Part shown: positions 40,835 through 53,699 of the stretch, one piece after another | Layout of the letters: each line of letters opens with the position of its first letter | Position numbering within the stretch: position 1 is the stretch's first letter | Origin: Octopus sinensis | Taxonomy: Eukaryota | Assembly: GCF_006345805.1 (NCBI RefSeq) | Contig: NC_042999.1 | Coordinates: forward strand, 20,460,001 to 20,524,000 | Direction: 5' to 3' | Length of the DNA stretch: 64,000 nt | Notes under the pieces: model-generated | Told to the model about the DNA's origin: nothing | Databases searched by the model: none | Seen by the model: the letters and a program-made list of their open reading frames with translations, nothing else | Translations under genes and position numbers: made by a program

Positions 40835-40850
40835 CATATATGTATATATA
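38455..40850 (+). repeat. Near-identical tandem duplication, ~1186 bp unit x2
   Basis: GATGGGCTTCTTTCAGTTACC at 38471 and 39657. Unique parts appear identical; only microsatellite lengths differ. Confidence 0.95.
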
Positions 40851-42184
40851 TATATATATGTGTGTATGTATGTGTGTGTGTATCTATACATATATATATA
40901 AGATTTTCTCACCTTCCCGAGCGTTAAGCTAATACACGTCTTTGTTTTTTATAGACGTGTCTTCGTCTTTTGTTTTTCTATAAATTTCAACTGTATATAT
41001 ATATGTGCGTGTCTGTGTGTGTTTGCGCGTGTCTGTGTGTGTGAGGTGCATGTGTTTGTGTTTGTATGTGTATGTGTGTGCATGTGTGTGCGTTCTATCC
41101 CTTGGCCATACAACCTACCCGTTCAGCTAATAGTTGTAGAGATAAACATGTACCAGACCAGGACAGGTATTACGGTGAAAACGATCAAGCAAAAATTCTT
41201 GAATGCGTTCTTACTTCACCTGGCCACATTTGAATGTCTGAAGCTAGAAAATGAATAAAAGTGTTCTCGAAAGCCTAGTGAACAATTAACAGAGAAAGAA
41301 AACAGTAAAAACTTTCTTTACACATCTGATCAGTTTTTGAATGTGTTTTGCTGTACTGAGTGCTGTAACTAGTAACGTCTGAAAGAAAATTTGTCGCTAT
41401 GTGTATACGTATATATATGTGTGTGTGCGTGTGGTGTATTTGTGTGTGTGTGTGTGGAGATATATTTTTGTTGTGGTGTTTGATGTTTTTTTTTTTATAT
41501 AACTAGTATTGATATTGCATTGAATTTTTTTTTTTCGGTGTAACTGATTACATTTATTCTGTAACCTACAGCACACCCAGCATATATTCAAATAACTTGC
41601 CGAAAAGAGAAGGAGAAAAAAACAACAACAACAACAACAACATTGAAAACACAAGTAAAATTTCGAAAAAAAAAACACACAGAAAACCATTTTGTTTAGC
41701 AGTCTTTGATAAATAAAAAAAGAAAGAAAGCTCTTGGACTTTGTAGCTTCAGTAGTTTCTAAGATACCAGAACAAGCACCCAAGCAAGTAATCACTCAGG
41801 TAAACAAACTGAACAAAAATAGTTTTATACAATGTTTTATATTTGATAGTTATGTTGGCTGATATGAATAATGGTAATGGTGTGCAGTCAATAAATGGCG
41901 AGCTGTGAATATTTTTGTCATGTATCACATGGTAGGCACAAGATCACAAAGTGTTTTCAGAACATGCAAAATATCATAACATAGAATTTACTTGAGCTTT
42001 CCATTGACTGTTCCGCAGAAAAAAACATTAATCTCAATGTAGTTAATAATCATTTCTTATGTAAGTACAAGGCCGATGTTTTTATAAGGAATGAGTGTAG
42101 CATATGAAATTGAATGCGGTGTATAATTGTATTGATTGCTTCAAGGAATAATATATCTATCCTCGTTTATCACGGGTCTTCGCG

Positions 42185-42410
42185 TTACTCTTTTGCTCTT
42201 TTACTTGTTTCAGTCATTTGACTGCAGCCACGCTGGAGCACCACCTTTAGTCCTGCAAATCGACCCCAGGACGTATTCTCTATAGGCCTAGTACTTATTC
42301 TATCGGTCTCTTTTTGCTGAACCGCTAGGTTACGGGGACGTAAACACACCAGCATCGGTTGTCAAGTGATGTTGGGGGTGACAAACACAGACACACACAC
42401 ATACACACAG

Positions 42411-42445
<35 letters not shown>

Positions 42446-42620
42446 CATGCATACATATATGCGACTGGCTTCTTTCAGCTTCCGTCTACCAAATCCACTC
42501 ATAAAGCTTTGGTCGGCCCGAGGCTATAGTAGATGACACTTGCCCATGGTGCCACGCATTGGGACTGAACCCGGAACCATGTGGCTGGTAAGCAAGCTAC
42601 TTACCACACAGCCACTCCTA
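42185..42620 (-). mobile_element. SINE family A, full length (second partial copy 42860-43030)
   Basis: Reverse complement of consensus. Confidence 0.9.
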
Positions 42621-42721
42621 ATATATATATATTTTTATATGTTATTAAAATTAATGTAACATACAGGTGTACGAACAACAACCGAGTGTACTAGTTTGAC
42701 GCTCGGGAAAAATGAAAATGT

Positions 42722-42757
42722 CTTTTACTTTTCGAGCCTGCGCTCTTCAACAGAAAG
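42722..42757 (-). ncRNA. Minimal hammerhead-like motif, A6U family, stem III mutated
   Basis: CTTT-CTGTTGA-A-GAGC-GCAG-GCTC-GAAAA-GTA/AAAG. Confidence 0.4.
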
Positions 42758-42792
42758 GGATAAGTGAAAATAAACACAGAAATAATGTGTGT

Positions 42793-42834
<42 letters not shown>

Positions 42835-43309
42835 TGTGTGTTTGTATGTGTGTGCATATACATACGACGGCCTTCAGCGGACTTCTTTCAGTTTACATCT
42901 ACCAAATCCACTCACAAGGCCTTGGTCGCCCCGAGGCTATAGTAAAAGACACTTGCCCAAGTTGTCACGCAGTGAGACTGAACGTGGAACCATGTGGTTG
43001 GGAAGTAAGGGTTCTTAACACACATCCACTGCTATATAACATCTATAATAGTTTTCTAAAGTGCTTGATGTTGACAGGACTTTGAACTGGTAAGAAGTAG
43101 GAAGTACGGTTTTGAAGAAAACCACTTTAGACAAACCTCATTTGTCTCTCACTTTCTCTCTCCCTTTCAGTGTGTGTGTGTGTGTGTGTGTATATATATT
43201 TGTCTGTCTTTCACCCTGTGTGTGTGTTTGTATGCCCTAGTACGCTAAATTCTAATCAGAGCGGAACAAGAGCCAAATGTTCGTAGTACGCCATTCTACC
43301 TACCGCTCT

Positions 43310-43780
43310 ATGATTTCTACACAGGAATGGCGATTACCTTAAAATGAATAATAGGACCGTGCACGTATTGGGGGTAGTGTTTGGTTCAGCTGTTTTGTAT
43401 AATGGTTTAATGAGGTGGAGAGAGATCTGTGTAGGTCTTCTAGTTCTCTGTAACCAGTGATTTTATGAAGGTCATTGTCCCTCTACAATACATGCATGTT
43501 GCCATCGGGTAAAAATCCTACGTAGGGGAAAATTTCGGGAGTGACATAATGTGGAGAAGACCTGGATATGTAGTTATGACAGGGTCTATATATTGGGCAT
43601 TAATGATACACGAGTAGAAATAACAGTAGTGATGTGTGACGCGGTGGAACTAAGTAAAAGTAATTTGAGGGCATGAGTTCTGAGGAGCTCAGGTCGGTGT
43701 TGTAGCGATAGAAAGAGAGGTACAACATGCTTGAGAGTACTAGCAACCATGACCATCCAGTCATTTCAGTGATCCATAAT
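43310..43780 (-). mobile_element. Heavily decayed CR1/L2-like LINE 3' region
   Basis: Broken LFYRY..N...SSEL-like motif on the minus strand (~43700-43730); otherwise only compositional similarity. Confidence 0.3.
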
Positions 43781-43920
43781 TATGTGTGATGTAGCAAGAA
43801 TGTGTGCGTGATACTAACGTATCCCAACCGCGGTAGTTGCGTTCCGTTCAGCAACGCAACGCACTTAATCATTTTAAATTTGATTTAAATTAATTAGACA
43901 CAGATATAATTGCAATACTT

Positions 43921-43929
43921 TCGGTGGTG

Positions 43930-43972
<43 letters not shown>

Positions 43973-43991
43973 CAGCAGCAGAAGCAGCAGC

Positions 43992-44037
<46 letters not shown>

Positions 44038-44075
44038 ATAGTATCAGCAGCAGTAGTGGTAGTAGTTGTAGTTTC
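43921..44075. repeat. (GGT)(AGT)n(GCA) trinucleotide array
   Basis: Direct reading. Confidence 0.95.
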
Positions 44076-45166
44076 TAACATCTTTACGTAGTATTATATT
44101 AATTTAAGCGATAGGTAATTAACTTTTAAATGGAAAAGTCTACCTAGGCAGTAGAGAAATATGCAACTTTTGTGGATTGACGGAACTGAAATTCTATCTG
44201 TCATTTATAATAAATACCAACTTTTTCTTCTCGACACAGCGCCATCTTATTGTTGATAGGATTTAATTGAAATCACACAGACATTCGCAGTTAAGAATTA
44301 TTGCATGTATATAAATGTATGTAAGTATATAAGTATGTATGTATAGTCTAAAAAGTAAGTACTACCAGCAATGCCGACAAACATTAATACAGTATAGAAA
44401 TATTTATCCAGTTAAGTAAATGCCATTCTTATCTACGAGTGGCTTTCTCCGTGAATACTGGTCTATTCAGAGAACTATTTAAAGAAATCGTTTGGTATTG
44501 ATACGACTTACAAATTAATGGCTTCCACTATTAGATTTAGTATATCTTTTTATTTTTCTCTCTAGGATATCACCAAAACAATGACAACTAATAAGGTGTT
44601 TGTATCTGTGTGTGCATTTATATATATTTATATATTGTACACTAGTCCTATGTTAATAGGCGTATATCGTGCGGAAGATATGTATACGTATATATAATTC
44701 TGTTTAACTTTTTCAAATTACTTTCCAGTAGAGAAAGAGCCAGTCTAGCATAGAGAAACAAGGCACTTCCATAGAAATTTAGACAAGATAAAGTAAGCTG
44801 ACATGGTTTAGTCTTTGAAATACCTCTTCAAATAAGAAAGAGCCGGTTTCTAACCCAGAAACACAGATATCTCAATGGAATTTTGACATCAGCTACCATG
44901 CAGTTAAGTATGTTGTGTATGTGTCTGCATGTATCATTTCATGCATTGATTACGTGTATGAATCTCTATCATTACGTCATTACAGTGTCATATAGAATGC
45001 TATGCGATATTTTTTCCCGCTCACTACATTCAAATCTCATCGAAGTATGATTTATTGTTATGGACGATTGATGAAATTGTTACCGCGTCGATAACGGTGC
45101 CTTGCGGTACCTATCTCTGCTTTTGACGCTATAAGTTTTTATTCTCTTTAGGTATAGGCATCACAA

Positions 45167-45397
45167 GGCGGCGAGCTGGCAGAAACGCTAGCACGCCGGA
45201 CGAAATGCGTAGCGGTATTTCGTCTGCCGTTACGTTCTGAGTTCAAATTCCGCCGAGGTCGACTTTGCCTTTCATCCTTTCGGGGTCGATAATTTAAGTA
45301 CCAGTTACGCACTGGGGTCGATGTAATCGACTTAATCCCTTTGTCTATCCTTGTTTGTCCCCTCTGTGTTTAGCCCCTTGTGGGTAGTAAAGAAATA
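45167..45397 (+). mobile_element. tRNA-derived SINE family B (~230 bp), best-preserved copy; other copies 9720-9840, 29900-30050, 32975-33270, 35040-35470, 45810-46025, 51240-51460, 57180-57345
   Basis: Head GGCGGCGAGCTGGCAGAA..., B-box-like GAGTTCAAATTCC, central GCCTTTCATCCTTTCGGGGTCGATAA, tail CCCCTTGTGGGTAGTAAAGAAATA. Confidence 0.92.
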
Positions 45398-47179
45398 TTT
45401 ATGGGCATCCTGTCCTGCCATGTAATTTGATCGTAAAAGACCCAATATATGAACGTGGATTGGGTTCTTCTGCATATTGAAGTCTACTCTGAAAGAAATG
45501 GTAACAGGTTTCAAACAAGCGAATCCTCTCTTCATAAACCGAAGGTTTTATGTCGAGAATAACAGGAAAGTGACAAGTAAAATAAAGGAGAAGTTGGGAT
45601 GTTGTCCGTGGATAAATACGATTACAATCTCTACAAATTCATCCATCAATCCCAGAGCTGTAGTGCTATATCGAATCTATAAAATATATACTTCTGAAGT
45701 GAAATTCTTAATCATATGACCGGACATGCACTAGTGGTTTGATTTTTGCTCTGTATTATATTCTTTCTCTGATAATATTCTTTTTAATATTATCTTAATT
45801 TTATAAGCTGGTGTATTGGCAGAATTGTTAATGCTCCACGCAAAATGCTTAGCAGCATGTCCTCCCTCCTCACGTTCTGAGTTCAAATTCTGCCCAGCTC
45901 GACTTTGTCTTTCATCCTTTCAGGGTCGATAAAATATGTACCAATTGAGCACTGGGGGGTCGATGTAATCGACTTACCCTTCCCCTTGAAATTTCTGGCC
46001 TTGTGCCAAAAGCAGAAACCAATATTATTTTTAACACTAGTGTTAGATGATTTTAGGTTTATAACGGTATGTCATAAATGAATTTGATTAGCAGCCAGGA
46101 TGTGTTACGCTGATTGGTATATACATTAACTGAAGCACATGCAAAAAATATGAATGTACCACAGCAAACATGAACCTCTAGAAGTGTGATATTCTATATT
46201 CCCTTACCGGTTTTCATAAATATATTGCTTTTGTGAAACTTTGGGTTTTGGCATTTGTTTTTCACAAAGAGAAAGAAAAAAGAAACACCTGTCAATATGA
46301 CTACCACTTACAACATTGGCAACAAACCTTTGTTCACAACGTATTTTAAATAACAAGCAGGAACGGTGTTACTGAATCTTTGTTATTATTCAAAAATATA
46401 TTCAGATAACACCCTACGACATAAAAAGGCCAGGATACGTTGGACAGCGGTTGTTAATGCTTTTGAACTGAAATTGTTATCATAAGTCCCGTATCAGAAG
46501 GCAAGTTCAAAGGAAGTCACATTAAAATCAAAAACGATTATTGGCAAAGAAAAATAGTTCTTACTATTCTTGGATTTTGCGCTGTCTTTTTTCAATAAAA
46601 TCTATATGACAGCTAAAAGCTCTATGTGGACATGTGTGAATTTTGTTATATCTAAATATGTGATAGGTTGTCTGTGAAATTATGTATTTTACGTATATGT
46701 AAATATATAACACCTTATGTATATGTATATGTATATGTGTATAAGTGTGAGTGGGTGAGCGTGTACATATTGATTAAGTCATAGGCCTTAGTGGCACTGA
46801 TGTTCTCAAATCGTCGTGAATCTCTCATGCACATAAACGCTTACACTCACATGCACACATAAGTACATACACAGATATCCATACACAGATATACACACAT
46901 GCACACAGTCGTTGGCACACACATACACACAAACACACATGCACAAAACACCCCCCCCCACTCAACATGTACAAACGTCAAATCTGTATCACACCAAGAT
47001 ATGCAAAGCAGTAACTATAATCACCCACACATATTGCTGTTTCGCTTACATACACTGCACGTAGCTTTAATAACTTTTTTCCATCTCAGTAGCATTCCTT
47101 CATCAAACGTCCACAGCAACTGTACATACAATATCTCGTGACCACTGCTGAATCAAAGCCAAATACCATATTTTCTCAG

Positions 47180-47444
47180 TGCACAGAACTTACATTTAGC
47201 TCTATGGTACACGAAAATCTGTAAGATATTGGTGTACCGTCCATTTTATGCAAAATATTCTTCTAAGCAATTGTGCTTAGTCAATGACCAATCAGAAAAT
47301 TCAAGCTTCTTTCATCAGTGGTTCGATTACAACTGCGCCACAGTAGTACAAACTACGCCTAGGGCCGAAAACATTAGAGAAAATGTCCCCATCTATATGG
47401 ACTGGAGATTTTTGACTTGTAATTTTGAGATCTTTGACTTCTAA
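47180..47444 (+). CDS. Candidate terminal coding exon, unknown protein (88 codons)
   Basis: Acceptor ATATTTTCTCAG at 47168-79; phase-2 frame AQNLHLALWYTKICKILVYRPFY...PIYMDWRFLTCNFEIFDF* in non-repetitive DNA. No family recognised and no upstream exon linked. Confidence 0.3.
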
Positions 47445-47804
47445 TTTCAGTTTCTGCATTATAATCACATGAAAAGCTATCTACTCATTGTTTTTCTCAG
47501 GGCAAAACTTTCAATGTCGGTAACTTCAAAGGCCTAAGGGTATGACGATCGACACCAAATTTACAGAATGGTTTGGTTCATGACTTATCAACAAAATTTC
47601 CTCCGTAAGTTGAGTTATTGCGAAGTAATCTTATACATTTGTCCTTTACTTTGCTTTCGTATCTCGAGTACATTTATTGGACAAAATATTTCTCCTCACA
47701 TACAAAAGCACGCATAAATGCCATGTGAGAAAACATAATCCCTGATTTAAACCATAAGAGAAATGTGAGTAAAAGATCTGTTCACAAAGTAGGTATTTTT
47801 CAAG

Positions 47805-48204
47805 TCATCATCATCATCATCATCATCATCACCATCACCACCACCACCACCATCACCATCACCATCATCACAACCATCACCATCACCATCATCACCATCA
47901 TCACCATCATCACCATCACCATCATCACCATCATCACCATCACCATCATCACCCTCACCATCACCATCATCACCATCACCATCATCACCACCACCACCAT
48001 CATCACCATCATCACAACCATCACCATCACCACCATCACAATCATCATCATCATCACCATCACCATCATCACCCTCACCATCACCATCATCACCATCACC
48101 ATCATCACCACCACCACCACCATCATCACCATCATCACCACTATCACCATCACCACCATCACCACCACCATCACCACCATCGCCACCACCATCACCACCA
48201 TCAC

Positions 48205-48240
<36 letters not shown>
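47805..48240. repeat. (CAT/CAC)n compound trinucleotide array with ~120 bp higher-order repeat
   Basis: Direct reading; ACCCTCACC recurs at 47951 and 48071. Confidence 0.97.
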
Positions 48241-48241
<1 letters not shown>

Positions 48242-48464
48242 GTCGTAGTCTTATGATCAGTTTTCTCCCTGTTCTATTTACATGTACACCTAAGAATTCA
48301 AAAGTTCTCTATGGCCAACCTCAAATAGTACCCAGGTATCTGCTAATAATTTATCTGATGTCAAATAATGCAATGTCATTATGTAACTTCGGAAAACACT
48401 TTTATTTCAACAAGTGTAACACAAAAGAATTTTGCCCGACAAATATTTTACCTGTACAATGCCT

Positions 48465-49050
48465 ATGTATAATTGCATCTGTTATGTCTGATATTCAGGT
48501 TTTCTTGCATCTGTTATGTGTAATATACAGGTTTGCTTGCATTTTTATTGCGTAATATACATGTGTTTGCGTCTGTTATGTGAAATATACATCAGTGTTT
48601 GCATCTGCTATGTGAAATATACACCTGTGTTTGCATCTGTGATGTGTAATATACATGTGTTTTTGCATCTTTTTATTTGTAATACAGATGTGAATTTGCA
48701 TCTGTTATGTGTAATGCACATGTGTATTTGCATCTTTTTATTTGTAAAATATATGTGAATTTGTATCTGTTATTTGTAATACACATGTGTTTGCATCTGT
48801 CATTTGTAATATACATGTGTTTGCATCTGTTATGTGTAATATAAATGTGTATTTGCATCTGTTATACGTAATATACATGTGCGTTTGTCTATGTTATGTG
48901 TAATGTACGTGTGTTTGCTTCTTTTATGTTTAATATATATGTCTGCATCTATTAAGTGTAATATACATATGTGTTTGCATCTGTTATATGTAATATACGT
49001 GTGTGTTTGCATCTGTTATGTGTAATATACATGAGTGTTTGCATCTGTGC
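48465..49050. repeat. ~32-bp minisatellite, ~18 copies
   Basis: TGTGTTTGCATCTGTTATGTGTAATATACA-like unit; GCATCT-like anchor at 48475, 48507, 48539, 48569, 48601, 48633, 48665... Confidence 0.92.
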
Positions 49051-49889
49051 GTTGTTTTTACATCATATATATCGTTCTTACTGATATCATTCATGGCAGT
49101 TACATACCTAACATAAATTATGAATATTATTGCCTGAGTTTCGGCAATAGAAATACAAGTGCTATACATGTATATAATATCTATAATAGATTTCTCACTG
49201 CATGTGGGTAGACTGTGAGAAGTATAGACGAGCAGGTGTCTGTTGCCTGTCCTCGCAGAATCTTATTTTCTCTGTAAATTGTTTTAATATAACGTGGCTG
49301 TATCAGAATTTATATTCTATAGTGTTTCTTTATATATTGGCCAATGACTGCAATACAAATTTATTTATTTATGTTCAATTTAGTAGTTTTAAATATGCTC
49401 CCATCTTCATTACTGCTATCGTTCTTATACACTGCTCGGGTAGCAGCTGTTGTTATCGCTTTTACCAATTCACTATCATTCTTCCTGTAATCATTATCAG
49501 CATCATTTTTCGCCAGTAGTAGGAACAAACACAGCTGCAATATAATCAGCTCCAGATTTTGCTATGCTTGCATGGTTTAAATCAGCATCGAAATTAGTTG
49601 TTTTAATTCCATTTTTTTTTCTCTTTTCCTATAGACCGATAGAAGATAAATTAGGATAGCAGAATGTAGATAGCGCTATTAGCAAGAATCCGAGTGCTGT
49701 ATATTTATCCATGGCATGGTAGAAGTAGAAGCATAAATTTACCATATTAGATAAACCCTAATTGCTTGGCTTTCAGGGGAAATAAATAACTTTCACTTTC
49801 AACATAACTTGATTCATCGCTGTTCTCTTGAAATTACGAGCTAATTTGAAATTATTATAAGAAACCGCATATTTTCTCCTTCGACTTAC

Positions 49890-50001
49890 CTGGCTTTTGA
49901 TAAGGCAGTCCTAGTGGAGTCTGGATGAGCAAGTAGATATCTGGCACATTCTTGGATAGCTGATGAATTCTTTATAAGCTGGAAGGGATTTGCAGGTAAA
50001 T
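49890..50001 (-). CDS. Candidate internal coding exon (112 nt), unknown protein
   Basis: Minus strand TTATTATAG| acceptor and CAG|GTAAGT donor; open phase-1 frame DLPANPFQLIKNSSAIQECARYLLAHPDSTRTALSKA. Neighbouring exons not identified. Confidence 0.4.
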
Positions 50002-50329
50002 CTATAATAATAACTCAAGCTCTAAGATAGCATTATTATTTGGATGATGATGGGAAATTGGAAAATCATGATGGTGATGATGATGATGACGATCGTTACC
50101 GTTATGGCCACTATTTTTATCACCATTATCACCATAATCGTAACGATCATCACGGTGATCGTTAGTATGAACAGCAGGCTTCATACATATCTAATATTCT
50201 ACTGGTTACCTAGGACATCACTGCGGCTGCAACTTATATGATCATCGCCATAACCAGCAACACCAATCTGGTTACTACAGTCTTTCATCATCATTAACAG
50301 CAGCGTTTGAGTTTAGGAGGAGTGGAAGG

Positions 50330-50855
50330 AGGAGAAGAAAAGCAATAATAATAAGGATAAGTAAATGATCTTGAAGAAGAGAAGAAATAGACGAAGCTTG
50401 GAGCAAAAAACAAGGAGAGCAGAGGAAGAAGAGAAAGCAAAAGCAGAAACAGCAACAACGTGTAACAGTAGCAGCTGCAGAAAAAGGAGGAGAAGAAGAA
50501 GAAGAAGAAGAAGAAGAAGAAGAAGAAAGAAAGAGGAGGAAAGGGAGAAGAGGAAGAAGTAGAAGATGAAGAAGAAGGAGAAGGAGAATAAGAAAGAAGG
50601 AGGAGGAGAGAAGAAGGAGGAGGAGGAGAGGAAGGAGAAGGAGGAAGAGGGGAAGAAGAAAAAAAGAACAAGAAAGAGAAGAAAAAGAAGGAGGAGAGAA
50701 GAAGGAGGAGGAGGAGGAAGAAGAAGAAGAGGAAACGAAGAAGGGAAAAAGGAGAAGATGAAAAATGAGAAGAAGAGGAAAAAGGAGAAGAGGAAGAAAG
50801 ACAAGGTGAGAAGGAGTAGAAGCGAGAGAGAACAAACAAAAAAGAAACGCCAAGA

Positions 50856-50899
<44 letters not shown>

Positions 50900-50900
50900 A

Positions 50901-50941
<41 letters not shown>

Positions 50942-50970
50942 TAGAAGCAGTGGCAGTAGAGGAAGAAGAA
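50330..50970. repeat. Purine-rich (GAA/GGA)n low-complexity tract plus (AGT)n
   Basis: Direct reading; source of the poly-L/S/R/K ORFs. Confidence 0.95.
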
Positions 50971-52329
50971 AACGAAAAGGGAGACGAAATATCTTCTAGA
51001 TTATGGATATTTCTTACTCCCACAGTTCTGTTGCTTATATTCATAACCTTCACAATATCCAATATGACTATTTCTTCATACGAGGCATTTGCTGCAGGAT
51101 AAAACATTATTTATATATAGTTCATATTGATTTACACAGAAATAATGATTTAAGCATTATATAATGAAATCATATAATTAAATTACATAATGATTCAATA
51201 ATGATCGATTTATAGGATTTTTCATATTTGCATAAGCTGAGGCGGCGAGTAGGATGAATCGGTAGCACGCCGGAAAAAATTACTTAGCGGTATTTCATCC
51301 GTCTTTACGTTCTGGTTGCAAAGTGCACCGAGGTCGACTTTGCCGTTTATAGTTTCGGGATCGATAAAATAAGTATTAGTTAATCACTGGGGTCGTTCTA
51401 ATTGATTTAGACTCTCCCCAGAAATTACTGGCTTTGGGCCAAATTTTGAAATCATTATTTATAGAATCTATTTATTTTATTGATGGAAATTGAGTTTAAA
51501 ATTATTGCTTAATAAGACTATTGTTTTATATGACTATTGCTTTGATATGTGTTCCACTGCAGAGAAATAAACGGTAAAGAGAGTTCGAAATAAGTTCTGG
51601 CGTACAATCTAGACATGTGAAGGTACATTTTAATGTGGTTTTCATTTTACAAACGGAAATTTCTTTTTTGTTTTTATTTTTCACTTTTGGCCGATCCTCA
51701 ACAAGAAGATGCACATGGGTCGTTCGCAGATTCTCCTAGATCCAAGACTAGCATGGTGTTAAAATTTTTGCAGGAGAAACATGTTCAAAAGAAGTCGCTG
51801 TAGTTTGTGTGAGGTCTGAAAGAAGCACTTAATGTGAGGCCTATCATACGATGTGGCTGATAGTTGGAGAAAGGTTTATGGGTCAGGAGTGCTTGAATGG
51901 TGATGACAGGAAGCTTTTCAGATCCAAGCAGCAGAAACCTCCTACGTGGTACTGGAAAATACAGAGAGCAAGAGAAAGGAGGCAGGGCACCGACGTGCTA
52001 CCGAATGAATTAATATCTATTTCTCTGCATTCTACTGTGTGAATGTTTCTCCAGAAATTCCAGTAAAAAAATAAGAAAATACAAATTCCCTGTCATGTGT
52101 CTATTTTCAGTTAGAAGCGAGGGTCTCAGTGTGTAGCGGTGAGCGTTTCACGCAAGAATACGTCTTTGTATGTATGTAAATTCGTATATGATTTCATGTA
52201 AATATTACAGAAATGCACACGCTAACCTTCTATGTTTGTAATTAGCATATACGTTCGGAGCATTATATATGATATTTCTTATATGCATGTTCTAATCAAT
52301 AAGTATCTTACTGGTGCTATAAAAACAAA

Positions 52330-53396
52330 ACAACAACACGTAGCAATTTGGCATTTAATCTCCTTCAAAGTAGCTTGGCAAATTTTCTGATGAATTAATT
52401 GAAATTGCTGATGATGCTAACCTCACAGGTTCAATTGGTACTTCTTCACATGTAGATGTTCAAGCTCTTGCCAATGAAATTTCCAAGTTCAGTTTTGTAA
52501 CTTCATTAATTCTTTGGTATAATATTCTTTTTGAAATTAACATTACTAGCCAAAAGTTGCAGTCAAAAGATTTAACCATAGACTCTGCACTAAAAGAACT
52601 TGAACAAATTAAAAAGTATCTTATTGATTGCAGGAGTGATAAGAGATTTCAAGAAGTACTTGATGCTCGTGAGGTAGCTGATGAATTTGGTTTTTAGGCA
52701 GAATTTGAATTAAAGCCAGTATGCATTAGAAGAAAGAAACAACAATTCTCATATGAAAGAAAAAATGAGACTATCCAGGATAGCAAACAAAGCTACAAAA
52801 TAGTTTTTTTTTTCATTTTGCAATGCTGGATACATAAATTAACTCAGTTTCAGAACGCTCTGAGCATTTTAGACATGTAAATTCCATCTTCGGCTCTCTA
52901 TATGATATAAAATCATTGCAATGTAAACTTCTCATCAAGTAATAGAATTTTGCATAAAACCTGAGTCTGCCCTGTTGGTTGGAGAGTCAAAGGATATTGA
53001 TGCGAACTATTTGTCTGATGAAATGAATGTCATATCAAGAAGCCTTGAAATGTCCCATGGTCTCCTGAAAGTGCCGAGCTACTTTGCGAGCGGCAACAAA
53101 GAGAAAGCTTTCCATATTTGTTCATCGTTGTCATAATCCTGTTAAACCTACCAGTAAGTGTCGCAAGCGGAAAGCGTAGCTTTTCAAAACTTAAATTAAT
53201 AAAGACATATCAAAGATATTCAATGGCCCAAGAGAGGCTCACCGGAGTAGCCACGATTTCCGTAGAACATGAAATTTGCAGGAAACTTCCACTCCAAGAG
53301 CTTGTAAAAGATTTTGCAAGACAAAAACGTCGCAAAATTAGCTTCTTAGCACCAAGAGAAAAAACAACAATGTTTAAATATTTCAATAACCAATAA
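52330..53396 (+). pseudogene. Decayed hAT transposase, C-terminal half incl. hAT dimerisation domain
   Basis: ALANEISKFSFVTSLILWYNILFEINITSQKLQSKDLTIDSAL..., LDT*INSVSERSEHF..NSIFGSLYDI, ESKDIDA, LPVSVASGKRSFSKLKLIKTY..SMAQERL (PF05699-like). Stops and frameshifts present. Confidence 0.9.
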
Positions 53397-53699
53397 TAGA
53401 AAAACAACACCTTTGACTCAAATCAAATCAAAGAAGTAGAATGCAAACAATGGCTTGGTGAACTACTGTTTGTTTACCATATTTGCTCAGATCCAATTAG
53501 TAAAATACTAACTATTCAATACATCATTTTTATTAGTTATTTATATATTTCTTCATTAATTTTTAAGAAATAAATTTTAAAATTTCTCTTTGCAAGCGAC
53601 AACAAATTGCTCTTATATTTATTCATATTTCTAAAAACTTTCTTGGAGAAATCCTCAGCTTATTGGGCTCGCTTTGCTTGCCATCTCCCCACCCTGTGA

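Noticed and set aside
47765-48256. Poly-Met/Val and poly-Ile/Thr ORFs
   Set aside because: Translations of the (CAT/CAC)n array.
49625-49720. Strong acceptor with frame PIEDKLG*QNVDSAISK..., tempting as A-to-I UAG-to-Trp recoding
   Set aside because: Pure speculation without RNA data; the donor is weak and no partner exons were found.
49884-49894. ACTTACCTGGC resembling the U1 snRNA 5' end
   Set aside because: No further U1 sequence follows; it is better explained as the reverse complement of a CAG|GTAAGT donor.
50275-51107. 178-264 aa Leu/Ser/Lys/Arg-rich ORFs
   Set aside because: Low-complexity GAA/GGA/AGT tract lacking stop codons in several frames.
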